A stretch of 64,000 nt of DNA from Epithemia pelagica (lineage: Eukaryota > Protista > Bacillariophyta), in NCBI GenBank assembly GCA_946965045.2, contig OX337229.1, positions 1,240,001-1,304,000 of the forward strand, in the 5' to 3' direction. Every line of letters begins with the position of its first letter. The first letter of the stretch is position 1. The notes below the pieces were generated by a model that worked only from the letters and a program-made list of their open reading frames with translations, did not search any database and was not told the DNA's origin. Positions 48,727 to 58,379 of this stretch are shown here, piece by piece. The translations under genes and the position numbers were made by a program.

Positions 48727-49144
48727 AGCCTCTACGAAACGAAAGTTGAGAGCTGACATTTCGTTTTGGCGGGATTTTGCTTCCTTACGCGTCTGCGAAA
48801 CGAAAACTAGAACCGCGCCTTATCCCCCATTCATCCCCCATTCCCCCCCCATTTTCACTTCAATAAATTGAATACTAAAATAATTCTCATAGAATTGTGA
48901 CGTACACAGGACGCACCGACCGTTGGAGCTGAACGCCAGTCGATCAATACTCTTGAGCGTTATGAACAACTTCACATTCATACATTGTCTAAACGCTTTG
49001 CACATCTGAAACGCCTTCTACTTTCGTTGGCCTACGAAAGTTGGCGCCAACTTTCGTAGCCCCGAAAGCTGAAAAGCAAGAATACCCGGATATAAGAGGT
49101 AAAATGATGACGTGTCAGCTCTCAACTTTCGTTTCGTAGAGGCT
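48727..49144. mobile_element. 418-bp MITE with perfect 32-bp TIRs and TA duplication, nested in the right terminus of the larger element
   Basis: AGCCTCTACGAAACGAAAGTTGAGAGCTGACA (48727-48758) and its exact reverse complement (49113-49144); TA at 48725-48726 and 49145-49146; no ORF of note. Confidence 0.8.
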
Positions 49145-49284
49145 TAAGGGTCAGCCTAATTATGCCTCTGTTGTGCAAAGTGCCTCCGAAACTCGACAAT
49201 CTCGCGTTCCCCCAGAAAAACTTCGTTTTGTACGAGACTATCGTGCGTGGGGTGCGTCCGATCATCACTTCATTGGGGATGATG

Positions 49285-49373
49285 CCAACCGCATACCTTG
49301 TTGCCCCATTGGTGATGGCCTAATAACACCCTTAGGCACCTTGATACAGCTCGGCAACAAGGTACGCGGTTGG
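49285..49373. repeat. 89-bp foldback with 21-bp inverted arms (one mismatch)
   Basis: CCAACCGCATACCTTGTTGCC (49285-49305) and GGCAACAAGGTACGCGGTTGG (49353-49373). Confidence 0.75.
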
Positions 49374-49919
49374 GACGGCCCTCCACCGACCCTCCACCAT
49401 GGTCAACACAGTCGACTGTTTTTCGTAATTTTTGATGAGATTCTAGCGTTCGGAAGAAATCACACATAACACTAAAGTTTATAAAATATTTATTTCAGCC
49501 ACTAGGAAGTCGCTAGTCGGACACTAATAACGCAAAACGCTTTCCAGGATTACTCCTCTTGTACAAATTCTACAGGAGTCTACGACAGGAACACACTCCC
49601 TGAACTCAGCTTGTAGGTTCCGTATGGCTGGCGCGCCGAATCTCGGTCGCGCTTGACGAACCAGTTGCTCCTAGAGTGTGTACACTCCCTAGCAACCGAG
49701 CGTGGCTAAGAATGATCAGAACCACCCCCGCTAGGAGGTGATTCACCGATTTGCGCAATACTCATCCCTCAATACTACAATCGTATAAGCGGAAACAATA
49801 CAAGTACGGTATCCGCAGAGGGGGTTTAGGGAAACACGTCTGGATGTCTGATCCATGACGACAAGAGGGTGGATCAACCAACCAAGAGAGAAGCAGAAAC
49901 AAGAAAAGAAGAAGAAAGT

Positions 49920-51332
49920 ATGGTTTCACATGGTCTAGATCAGCCAGAAGAAGGCCTGGCGACGTCCAACCCCGCTGCGGTTCGCGAATGGCTCTCGAAA
50001 CATCACCGGAAACAATTAACCTTGTTGGACAAGTTTTTGCTCGAGTTACGTCTAGGACGACTGGGAGCTACACGAGGTGGAAGTGGAGGTCTTAGTTCTG
50101 GACCGTCAGCAAGAGATGAGGAAGGAAGCGCAGCACCGTCAGACTCCAAGTCTAGTACAGCGTCGGCTCCAGTCGACCGTCGATTGGTGGTATTGCAGAC
50201 GGTCGAATTAATGAAGTATCTCATGGGACCCACGAGCTGGAAAACAGCTGCGGAATTGTTGAATTTAGTCAAGGCTGTCGGCAATGAATTGCATACGGCT
50301 GGTGGCATGCGTCGAGAACCGGCCATTGGCAATGTCATTCGTCGAATTTTGGCCGCCGTCCGAGAAGAAGCCCAGCGGGAAACTAGCAGCAACCCCACGA
50401 CAACGACAGAACAATTGGATACACCGTCCAAGTTGGTAACTGCTGCGGGCAATCGACTTTCACTGGATTCCATTTTGTGGGCTCTTCCTCAGCATGTTCG
50501 ACCAACGGGGAGCTCCTCACGCTCGGGCGGAAGCAGCCACCCACATCACCATCATGGCGACCATCAACGACAAGAATCCTTCTTGTTGTCCGACAGTGCC
50601 GATCAAGAGTATCCTGACATATTTTACAAGCAACGACCTGAATTGAAACAAACTGTAATGGAAGCGATCCAAGAAATATTGTCCGATTTGGAAGATACTT
50701 ACAAAAACATTAATGAACTGGCCACCTCGCATATCCAAGCAGGGGATGTCGTACTGACCTGTGGACGATCCAGAACGACCGAGTTGTTTCTCAAGGCGGC
50801 GGCTACTAAACGAAATCGTCTGCAGGGACCCTTCCAAGTCCTTGTCTGCGGGGGAGGAGCCGAGGCCATGGCAGCCAACTTGGCTCATGCGGGCATTGAG
50901 ACCATTCTTATTCCGGATTCGGCAGTATTTGCCGTCATGTCACGGGTCAACAAGGTGATTATTCCCGCCCATGCCGTCCTGGCCAATGGTGGTCTCATTG
51001 CCAGTAGTGGGTGCAATGTCGTGGCTTTAGCCGCGCACTATAATTCGGTACCAGTCGTTTGCGTCACTGGGATTTTCAAGCTATGTCCCATATTTCCACA
51101 TGAAGGACAAGATACACTGAATGATCTCATTAGTCCTAGTTCCATCATGGACTTATCGGAAATGAAGCATGTTCGCTTGTGGGACGTGGAATTTGTCAAT
51201 CCAGTACGAGATTTCATCAAACCAGAATACATTAACTTATATGCCACCAATGTCGGGTCCTTCCAACCAAGCTTCATTTATCGCTTGTTGGCTGAATATT
51301 ACCACAGCGACGATTGGGATTTGTTTGACTAG
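49920..51332 (+). CDS. EIF2B2: Translation initiation factor eIF2B beta subunit
   Basis: AIGNVIRRILAAVREE, DVVLTCGRSRTTELFLKAA, DSAVFAVMSRVNKVII, LANGGL, FKLCPIFP, INLYATN and IYRLLAEYYH. Confidence 0.93.
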   Translation: MVSHGLDQPEEGLATSNPAAVREWLSKHHRKQLTLLDKFLLELRLGRLGATRGGSGGLSSGPSARDEEGSAAPSDSKSSTASAPVDRRLVVLQTVELMKYLMGPTSWKTAAELLNLVKAVGNELHTAGGMRREPAIGNVIRRILAAVREEAQRETSSNPTTTTEQLDTPSKLVTAAGNRLSLDSILWALPQHVRPTGSSSRSGGSSHPHHHHGDHQRQESFLLSDSADQEYPDIFYKQRPELKQTVMEAIQEILSDLEDTYKNINELATSHIQAGDVVLTCGRSRTTELFLKAAATKRNRLQGPFQVLVCGGGAEAMAANLAHAGIETILIPDSAVFAVMSRVNKVIIPAHAVLANGGLIASSGCNVVALAAHYNSVPVVCVTGIFKLCPIFPHEGQDTLNDLISPSSIMDLSEMKHVRLWDVEFVNPVRDFIKPEYINLYATNVGSFQPSFIYRLLAEYYHSDDWDLFD

Positions 51333-51467
51333 TTAAAATCAAATAAAATTATGTGTATCACCTACCTTGTTAACTTTTTACGGAGGCCTACGTGTTCGTC
51401 TCCCATGTAATGTAGTCTCTTAGGCGTCTCGCCAGTTTGTTCTCTCCTTTTTCCTCGTTTTGTTCTC

Positions 51468-53684
51468 TTATTCTTGTTCCCCTTCTTTTCCATTTTTACT
51501 GCCTTCATCTTTCTTTTCGTTGGGCTCTGGATCCGTGAACTTGAATTGAATTTTGCTACAGTCGATGCCCATACCATCGCTGCGAAGATGGGGTGTGAAC
51601 TGTGCGTGCATGGAATCAGACGCCTCTTCCGCATTGACCCATGAACATAAATTGTTTTCAACGCTTCCGCTTGATACATGAATGCCAAATGTCTGGTAAA
51701 ACTTTTCTGGTGACCGTACTCCTCCGAGTCCATACAAAGCTTCCTCACGATGATCCCAACCCGATGAATTCAAGTCATGGCTCATGCGAGTAATACCCAC
51801 CAGTCGTCTCAATGCTCGATAGTACAAATCATCTGTGTACCATGAGAGATTTTCGTTTTCCTCGTATGTCGTAACGTTTGGACGGTCGTAATGATGGAAA
51901 CAAACTGACCGTTCGGGAGCATAATAGTCATAGCCAACGGTAAATGCGCGAACGGAAATGGAAGTTTCTTCTCCTGTATGACCACAATCTTTGTGTGAGC
52001 GTCTTTCATTTTAAAATTCCTTTGTCCCTAAAAACGCGTACCCTGAAAAATCATTTGAAGATAGAAATCATACGGCACATTGACAACAAAATGGCCACCT
52101 AGTGTCAAAGGAAAGGGGCAAAACCAACCAAGAATGAGGATAGGAACTTGGTCACGCAAACTGTTTGGACAGGCCGTATAGCATGACTTACGAGAAAAAC
52201 TAAAGCCTGCGTTCGCCATTTCAAAACCACAAGGATATTAGTGAGGTGAAACAAACAATAGCGCGAACGTCTGAACAAGCAACGTAAATTGGCTCATTGC
52301 ATCAACCGTACCTGCCCCCCACCTGTAAACGAAGGAAAACCGTAAGTATCTGAGATAATTTGTAATTTCTATGGTATTGAACAGCAAAACATACCATGGT
52401 TGTAACTGAGGAGAGCCTTTGATTTGGGGTTCATCTTGTGGCTGTTGCATACGAAAAAGAAGAACAAGAAGTTAATAAAACACCCTGTCCCTCCGCGTTC
52501 TTAACAGAAACAGGCTAACTTACCTGTTGATTATGTCTTAGATATCTTTTGATACCATGACAAAGCTTTTGTGAGAAAAGGGTGCAAAAGAATCATAGCA
52601 AACGGCATGGAGCGAACAACTTACTTCGTTTTACCATCGTAAAGCTCAAAATCTGAGTTGCACATGATCGGTCGAGACGTGTCCAGTGATTTCCCATCTT
52701 TGTCTATAGCTCCCTTGACATTGGCCAAATATGTAGAGAGAACAGCCATTTCATTGCCAGTTGCCTCCATCTGTGATATGATATCCCTGTCCCAATCTTG
52801 AATAAACGTAATGTGTGCATCAATTTGCAAAGCGTAGTACTCTCCACGATACATGCGATTGCCAATGTTTCGTGCGAAGGTGGGACCAAGAGAAAGGTGG
52901 GCAGCTAGCTCATACACGTCGATTCGGTCTTTGTACTTGCACAGAGCTTGGTTGGGGTTTTGATCACATGGCTCAATAGGTGCATTACAAGCAACGTCGA
53001 CTCCATTCACAATCTGGTCCACGACACCGATCCGAATACGGTCAGCGTTACTGGCTCGCTGCATCAGATTTTCTACAGTTTCGCGACACTGAAAGTCGCG
53101 ATAGGATGCAATACCAACATAAATTGTTCTTTGATCCAAAGGACAACTGTCACCACGAATGTGATTGCCAAAGACGTCTGACTCCGCACATGAACCAACT
53201 TTCATGGCCACTGACCGCGGCATCAGAACATTATTGTGGATTGGACTTGACCAAAACTCGGGCAGCGACAGTTTTGTTGTGTTGTCCCCAGGATGAACCA
53301 CTGTTTCGTACCGCCCCTGATGATCTTTCAATGTATATGGCCACGTACTATATGGTAAAAAAGGTTTTGTTTGGTAGAAACCTGTGACGAAACGAAGATC
53401 CCTTTCATATGGAAGACTTAAGAGGCCCTGGATGGTAAGGAGAAGGAATGCACCACGACCAAAGAGAACAAGGTAGCGCCGAAAATCGTGCCGTCGCGAG
53501 ACAAATAACAGTCGTCCTAAGCAGCCCTTTGTTTGAAGGTACGATTATTGCATCAGAACATATTCGTTTGCAATCATTGAGTACCAAACACACTTCAACG
53601 TACTTTTCCTTTGTCTTTCTCTTCTTGACGGTGGTACTGAGGACTCCAATGACGGTATGACTGCCGTCGACGACTCGCCACCAT
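51468..53684 (-). CDS. GT60-like GlcNAc-transferase, copy 2; about 7 introns and three micro-exons (22, 11 and 15 nt); 5' exon tentative
   Basis: IYVGIASYRDFQCRET, RIRIGVVDQ, GPTFARN and QIDAH. Micro-exons 52524-52545, 52312-52322 and 52192-52206 rebuild KYLRHNQQ, WWGAG and FSFSRGHF; last exon EETSISVRAFTVGYDYYAPERSVCFH. Confidence 0.85.
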
Positions 53685-53907
53685 TGCGAACTCTCGTTCT
53701 GTCTCAGGATGAGATGATGCATGAGTCGAATTCGAATGGATGGCAGATCATCGTCGTTGGGCACAACAGAAAAGTCAGAACCATTCTTGTATGGGGGGCA
53801 ACAAAATGGCCAATCCCGGAGCAAAGATACCTTCAATCGCTTATCGATCGCTTGTAGTTCGCACGGCTACGTCACGAGATCTTTTTTTTTATTGAGAGCT
53901 CAGAACC

Positions 53908-54912
53908 ATGACATCGCACAAGATGCGAGATGAACAAACCAGAAAAGCAGTTCGTGGTTTTTTTGGTTGGCTTGAGTCCAAGTACGGTGGCTTGGTGCTT
54001 GATCGGCCAAACGTAGCCACAAAACAGGCACTAGAGAGACAAGATCTCGTACGATTGATGAATCATGATCTAACAGCTATTCATGTGAAAGGATTCTACC
54101 CCAAGCACGCTGCTCGAGAACTTGGCAAAGCTCTCGCTCTCGAAAGCGAGACCAAGAGACGGATTTGGAAAGTTTCCACGACGCGTGGATTGGAGACTTC
54201 GGATGTGGCAACACTCGGCGAACATCCGCCGTTCAACGTTGCCAATTCCTTGGGGCAACAGGACGAGTATTTTGAAGGCGTTCAAAGGGAATTTCAACTC
54301 AGACGATTTGGAAAAATAGGAAGCGAAAGCTCTGGATCAAGCGATACAGAGACGGAAAATCGAGAAGAGGAATTGCCTCTTTTGTGGCCATTGGATTTGT
54401 TGCGGCTACAACTGGACGAAGTATGGCCTAGTGGTGCTGGCCTGGCACGTCTCCAGGGCAAACCCTTTTCAGGTGGTCTACCACGAATTATGAAAGGTCC
54501 TTCGCGATGGAAACGTGGTTTCATACACGTAGATGAAATGGGTCCGCTGAATTCACAATGGGGCCTTTTCAGTGCCAACATATACCTCCAACTGCCTCAG
54601 GATTCCAACTCGACGGTGGAGAAACCACAAGATATGATTCACATTTGGCCTCTCGGAATCCGCACTCGCTGGGACTGGTATCGGAATGCCTTTACGTTGT
54701 CGGGGTTGTCCTCGCAAGACGCAGAAGACCAGGTTCGACTCAGATATCTATTGGGCGAACCAGTAACAATTGCCTGTGAACCCGGTGACCTTGTGCTTCT
54801 CTGCGTACAGCGCCCACATGCTGCAGTAGGCTTCTCGGCAGGGACACGTGTCTCCTTGCAATGTTTTATCCAGCATAAAGGCCCCACAAAGAGGCTTGAA
54901 ATTGATAGCTAG
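53908..54912 (+). CDS. 2-oxoglutarate/Fe(II)-dependent dioxygenase (DSBH fold; resembles WelO5-family/proline-hydroxylase-like enzymes)
   Basis: HVD (HxD), FSANIYL, PGDLVLL...PHA (distal His) and RVS (RxS 2OG-binding motif). Confidence 0.75.
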   Translation: MTSHKMRDEQTRKAVRGFFGWLESKYGGLVLDRPNVATKQALERQDLVRLMNHDLTAIHVKGFYPKHAARELGKALALESETKRRIWKVSTTRGLETSDVATLGEHPPFNVANSLGQQDEYFEGVQREFQLRRFGKIGSESSGSSDTETENREEELPLLWPLDLLRLQLDEVWPSGAGLARLQGKPFSGGLPRIMKGPSRWKRGFIHVDEMGPLNSQWGLFSANIYLQLPQDSNSTVEKPQDMIHIWPLGIRTRWDWYRNAFTLSGLSSQDAEDQVRLRYLLGEPVTIACEPGDLVLLCVQRPHAAVGFSAGTRVSLQCFIQHKGPTKRLEIDS

Positions 54913-55134
54913 AGGAGGAGCTTTGGAGATTCAAAATCCTCCATGACTACTCCTAGGAGTAACAGGGTAGGCTAGCGGCTCTTGGAATAGTATCCATAGC
55001 ACAAATAGCGCATTGCAGTCGTTCAAAGACTCAAAAATCTTATCACCAAACAATATGACGACGCGTGACGTGGAGTTTGGTCCATAATAATTCATCTTCT
55101 TTTGTCGGATCGACAACTGAACTTGAAAATAATC

Positions 55135-56361
55135 ATGTTGGAGTGGATCAGGAATACCTTGTATGTCGAGAAGTTTGACCAAGATGCAAGAGTTTCAAGT
55201 CTGACATTTGACATTCCGTATACCGACAGCAAGATCGGTCTGGTTGGGTTCGATCCAATCTACTGGGCTCAGTTGTTTGTCCTGGTTTCGTTGCAGGCCA
55301 TTGTCAATGTTTTGGTAGCCTTGATAATCTACGAATTTATCATCACCAAACCCAAGAATAGTGGACATTGGACACCTTATCTGGTGGGATATGGTCTCAT
55401 TTGCCCTCTCATGGTCGCTTTCCCATTTTGGTACATGGACGAGTTGGGCGTCCAAAACAAGGCCATGACGGTGGGAGCAGCAGCCAGTGGCGTCCTGTTG
55501 ATCTTGAGATGTTTCGAAGCCATGTATGATACAGTTCCACCTTTTGCAACCAAAAGCAGAAGCAGTTTTGTGCTGTATTACGCATGTACAGTTCAATTTG
55601 AATTCGATCCGAAAACTGGTGAGGTGGTCAGGGCCACGTTCATGGATATTGTTCGAAAACTGGTCAACTTCATCTCGCTGTTTTTCCAGGCTCTAGTCGT
55701 GTTCAGTTTACTCTTTCCTGTGAACTACGAACTGTTGTCAATATCGGATGATAGCACCATTCCGTGGAGTGCGTTTGCCCACCTTGTCAACAACTTTGCC
55801 ATGGCCAGTTTGACGAGTATTTGTCTCGACGTTGGTGCCACAGGGATCGGAATGGGGACCACTACGCTAACTGGACTTAACACGGTGGCCTTGAATGATC
55901 ATCCGCTTTCAAAGAGTCAGAGTCCTTCAGAGTTCTGGAACAAACGATGGAATGTTGTTGTCTCTCACGGATTGAAACGAGCTGTGTTTGTTCCTCTCAA
56001 GAAAAATGGGTTTTCCAAGCCCTTTGCCGCCCTTGCTACTTTTGTCGCAAGCGGACTCATGCACGAATACATTCTGTTTCTTATTTCGTACTCGGAATTC
56101 AAGGAAATGGGGCATATATCGTTTTCGGGGACGCATCTTGCCTTTTTTGCATGGAATGGTGTTGTTTCAGTTTTGGAGCATTTTTTCAAAGATCATACCA
56201 TTATTCGTTGGATTTCGAAAACCTTCCCCAAACCAATAAAGACGGCACTTGTAATCTTAACAGTCTTGCCGTTGGCGCATCTATTCACCCAGATTTATGC
56301 CGACAGTGGTTTCTACACAGCCTTTGGACTTGGCTTTCCCCGAATAGAGCTTATTCGTTGA
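55135..56361 (+). CDS. MBOAT wax-synthase/sterol O-acyltransferase-like protein (copy 2, intact, intronless)
   Basis: DHPLSKSQSPSEFWNKRWN and FVASGLMHEY; colinear with copy 1 (RCFEAMYDT vs RCLEAMHGT; TLPLAHLFT-like C-terminal TM). Confidence 0.9.
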   Translation: MLEWIRNTLYVEKFDQDARVSSLTFDIPYTDSKIGLVGFDPIYWAQLFVLVSLQAIVNVLVALIIYEFIITKPKNSGHWTPYLVGYGLICPLMVAFPFWYMDELGVQNKAMTVGAAASGVLLILRCFEAMYDTVPPFATKSRSSFVLYYACTVQFEFDPKTGEVVRATFMDIVRKLVNFISLFFQALVVFSLLFPVNYELLSISDDSTIPWSAFAHLVNNFAMASLTSICLDVGATGIGMGTTTLTGLNTVALNDHPLSKSQSPSEFWNKRWNVVVSHGLKRAVFVPLKKNGFSKPFAALATFVASGLMHEYILFLISYSEFKEMGHISFSGTHLAFFAWNGVVSVLEHFFKDHTIIRWISKTFPKPIKTALVILTVLPLAHLFTQIYADSGFYTAFGLGFPRIELIR

Positions 56362-56440
56362 TAGATCAGCTCCGGTGTAATATCTATGAATTCTCGCTAG
56401 TATCGGTAACGATCATATACTTAATGGCTATTTTTCCATT

Positions 56441-57757
56441 CTACGTAGCGTCACTTATCGGTGTTGCTGAGTTCCGAGCTTCCTCGAGGGCCTTGAGGAT
56501 GGAACCAACATTCTCTTTCCACACACGCAACCGTTCTTGAATCGCTTTCCATTGCGGCATGTCAAATTTTCGCACGACACAGCGTTCCACCAACACCTTT
56601 TGGGACAGTTGGTCCATTTTCGCCTGCAACAAACCAGAGTTTACCGCTGCTATCACTTGGGCTTCAACCTGCATCTTATTGGAACCATCAATTTGAAGTG
56701 TGCTGGCAATGTTCGCATATGGGATCTCTTCGTGTTCTGCTGCAAGGGAGCAAAGACTCAGAATGCGCATATTGCGACGGCAAAGGGAGGCGTCCAATCC
56801 CCATCGAGATAAGATTGCCTCTTCCCCACCATTCCCCTGAAGAAACGCATCATAATCTGAAAGCTTGCCTTCCTGAAATATTTTCAGCAAACCAAAGAGA
56901 ACTGGTTGCTTGTCTGCCAAAGCCTGAATTGAAGGAAAGTCAAGAATGTTTCTTTGATGGGCAAAAAGCGAAATGGGATCACGAATGACTCCAATCGCAG
57001 CACTCTCCGATGCGGTGGCTACTATTGCATCCCTACTCTTTGATGAACATTCTACCATCAAGAGAAGGAATCTCTGTTTCCGAATGTCATTTGGAGCTTT
57101 TGCTTCAAACGCCTGAACAATTGTCTGGTACAGAGAAAGGCGCCGCTCTGTAGAGATGTTCCATGAATCCAACATCTCGACCAACCTAGGTTTTGATGGA
57201 TACAATGAGAGTCGAGTTGAACTTGATCCCGTGACACTCCCATCCGAACCCGTCTCATGTTTCTCATCATCTGCCACTAACATATTTCCCAAAGGATCAT
57301 GAACACGAAGAAATCTGCCAGGGAAATTCCCAGCTACAGTTATCATGTGTTGAAGCACTTCGAGCTTTTCAAGAACCGGTGCCCGTAGATTGTAAAGGAC
57401 TGACAAAAGTCGCAATCGTCTTGCGCAGGTTGCTTCTGTGGTGTCTCCAGCTTCAACGACAGCCTTCGCCAAAGCAGAAACATCAGCCTGCGTTGGTGAT
57501 GTTTCCTGGTCACTGATCAAGGCCACCAGCAGAGCAAAGCCGCCCACGGCTTCTTCACTGTCTTGAATCTGAGTGACCAAAGCCGGAACGGAAGCCTTAT
57601 CGGCCAAGATCATTTGGAAGAGCTCTGAAGTATCTCCACATTCTTCGCACTGGGCAACATTCAATGTCGGTGAGTATTCCCCGAGAAGCGAAATGAGCCG
57701 AAGTTCAGCGTCCTCCGCCACGTTCACCAATCTGCTTGCCAATGGGGGCGTCGTCAT
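56441..57757 (-). CDS. EIF3M: Translation initiation factor eIF3 subunit M (PCI domain)
   Basis: RNMRILSLCSLA...IPYANIASTLQI...VEAQVIAAV...AKMDQ...RKFDMPQW...LRVWKENV; likely ATG at 57757. Confidence 0.85.
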   Translation of the reverse strand: MTTPPLASRLVNVAEDAELRLISLLGEYSPTLNVAQCEECGDTSELFQMILADKASVPALVTQIQDSEEAVGGFALLVALISDQETSPTQADVSALAKAVVEAGDTTEATCARRLRLLSVLYNLRAPVLEKLEVLQHMITVAGNFPGRFLRVHDPLGNMLVADDEKHETGSDGSVTGSSSTRLSLYPSKPRLVEMLDSWNISTERRLSLYQTIVQAFEAKAPNDIRKQRFLLLMVECSSKSRDAIVATASESAAIGVIRDPISLFAHQRNILDFPSIQALADKQPVLFGLLKIFQEGKLSDYDAFLQGNGGEEAILSRWGLDASLCRRNMRILSLCSLAAEHEEIPYANIASTLQIDGSNKMQVEAQVIAAVNSGLLQAKMDQLSQKVLVERCVVRKFDMPQWKAIQERLRVWKENVGSILKALEEARNSATPISDAT

Positions 57758-58379
57758 AGTTACGAGAAGAGTCCACAAGCTGAGTTCCGGGTTCGTGGTT
57801 GTTGGTACGACAATACTCCTCTCTCGATCGTTGTTCACTGATTTCGAATAGCCGATTGGAAATGGAAAGGTCCTTGAAATGGATGGCAAACGTGATCGTG
57901 AAGCCAATTCAAACGCACAAACCAATGGTCCAATCAGTAACGTCGGCAAATTTTTTTCTCGTCCGCCATTCCCTCCGGTGATCCACGGCAAAGGCCACAA
58001 CCCCATGGAGCATAGATCAGCGGCCACGAAAAGCTTCAACGTCTGTCCTTCTTCCATGCTGGTGTACGCATTGTGTGGGTTTGGTGGCTTTCAAGACTAG
58101 AGGTAGCCAAGCTAGAGCTACAATAGTAGGAGTAGTACTACCCTCAATTGTTCGCAGCTACTCCCTCCTAGAGGTAGAGGCAACCTGACGGTTTGGCGCA
58201 TGAGTCACGCCATAAATTCTGAGTCACGACCATGTTGCCGGTTTTCAATTTTAAGCAGCGGAATCGACAGAGCTCGACGAGCTCTATCTTTCCATAGCCT
58301 TTGTTTTGGAAAAGATCAACACCCGGTCGAGTTATTCAGGATTTTCTGGACTTCTGGATTCTGGCAAATATCTGTTCTA

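Larger units (their letters stand above)
44074..49156. mobile_element. ~5.08 kb two-gene DNA transposon (piggyBac-type transposase plus KolX/P2X7-ballast-like gene)
   Basis: Inverted termini GGCCGACCCTTA (44074-44085) and TAAGGGTCAGCC (49145-49156), 11/12 identical. Direct TAA flanks at 44071-44073 and 49157-49159. Subterminal ACTACTCGC-type motifs at both ends (44134-44142; reverse complement at 48667-48675). Confidence 0.75.

Noticed and set aside
44083-49147. Reading TTAA at 44083-44086 and 49144-49147 as the canonical piggyBac TSD
   Set aside because: The enclosed ends (CGCCATTCG... and reverse-complement GCCTCTACG...) are not inverted repeats. The right-hand TTAA is explained by the MITE terminal T, its TA duplication and a host A. 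Not fully excluded without other copies.
49173-49469. Short ORFs over the foldback region as proteins
   Set aside because: GTG-started or short, with no recognisable motifs; the sequence is better explained as an inverted repeat.
53908-54912. Calling the dioxygenase a halogenase or a PhyA orthologue
   Set aside because: It keeps the HxD Asp, which argues against a halogenase, and it lacks recognisable PHD/PhyA-specific motifs.
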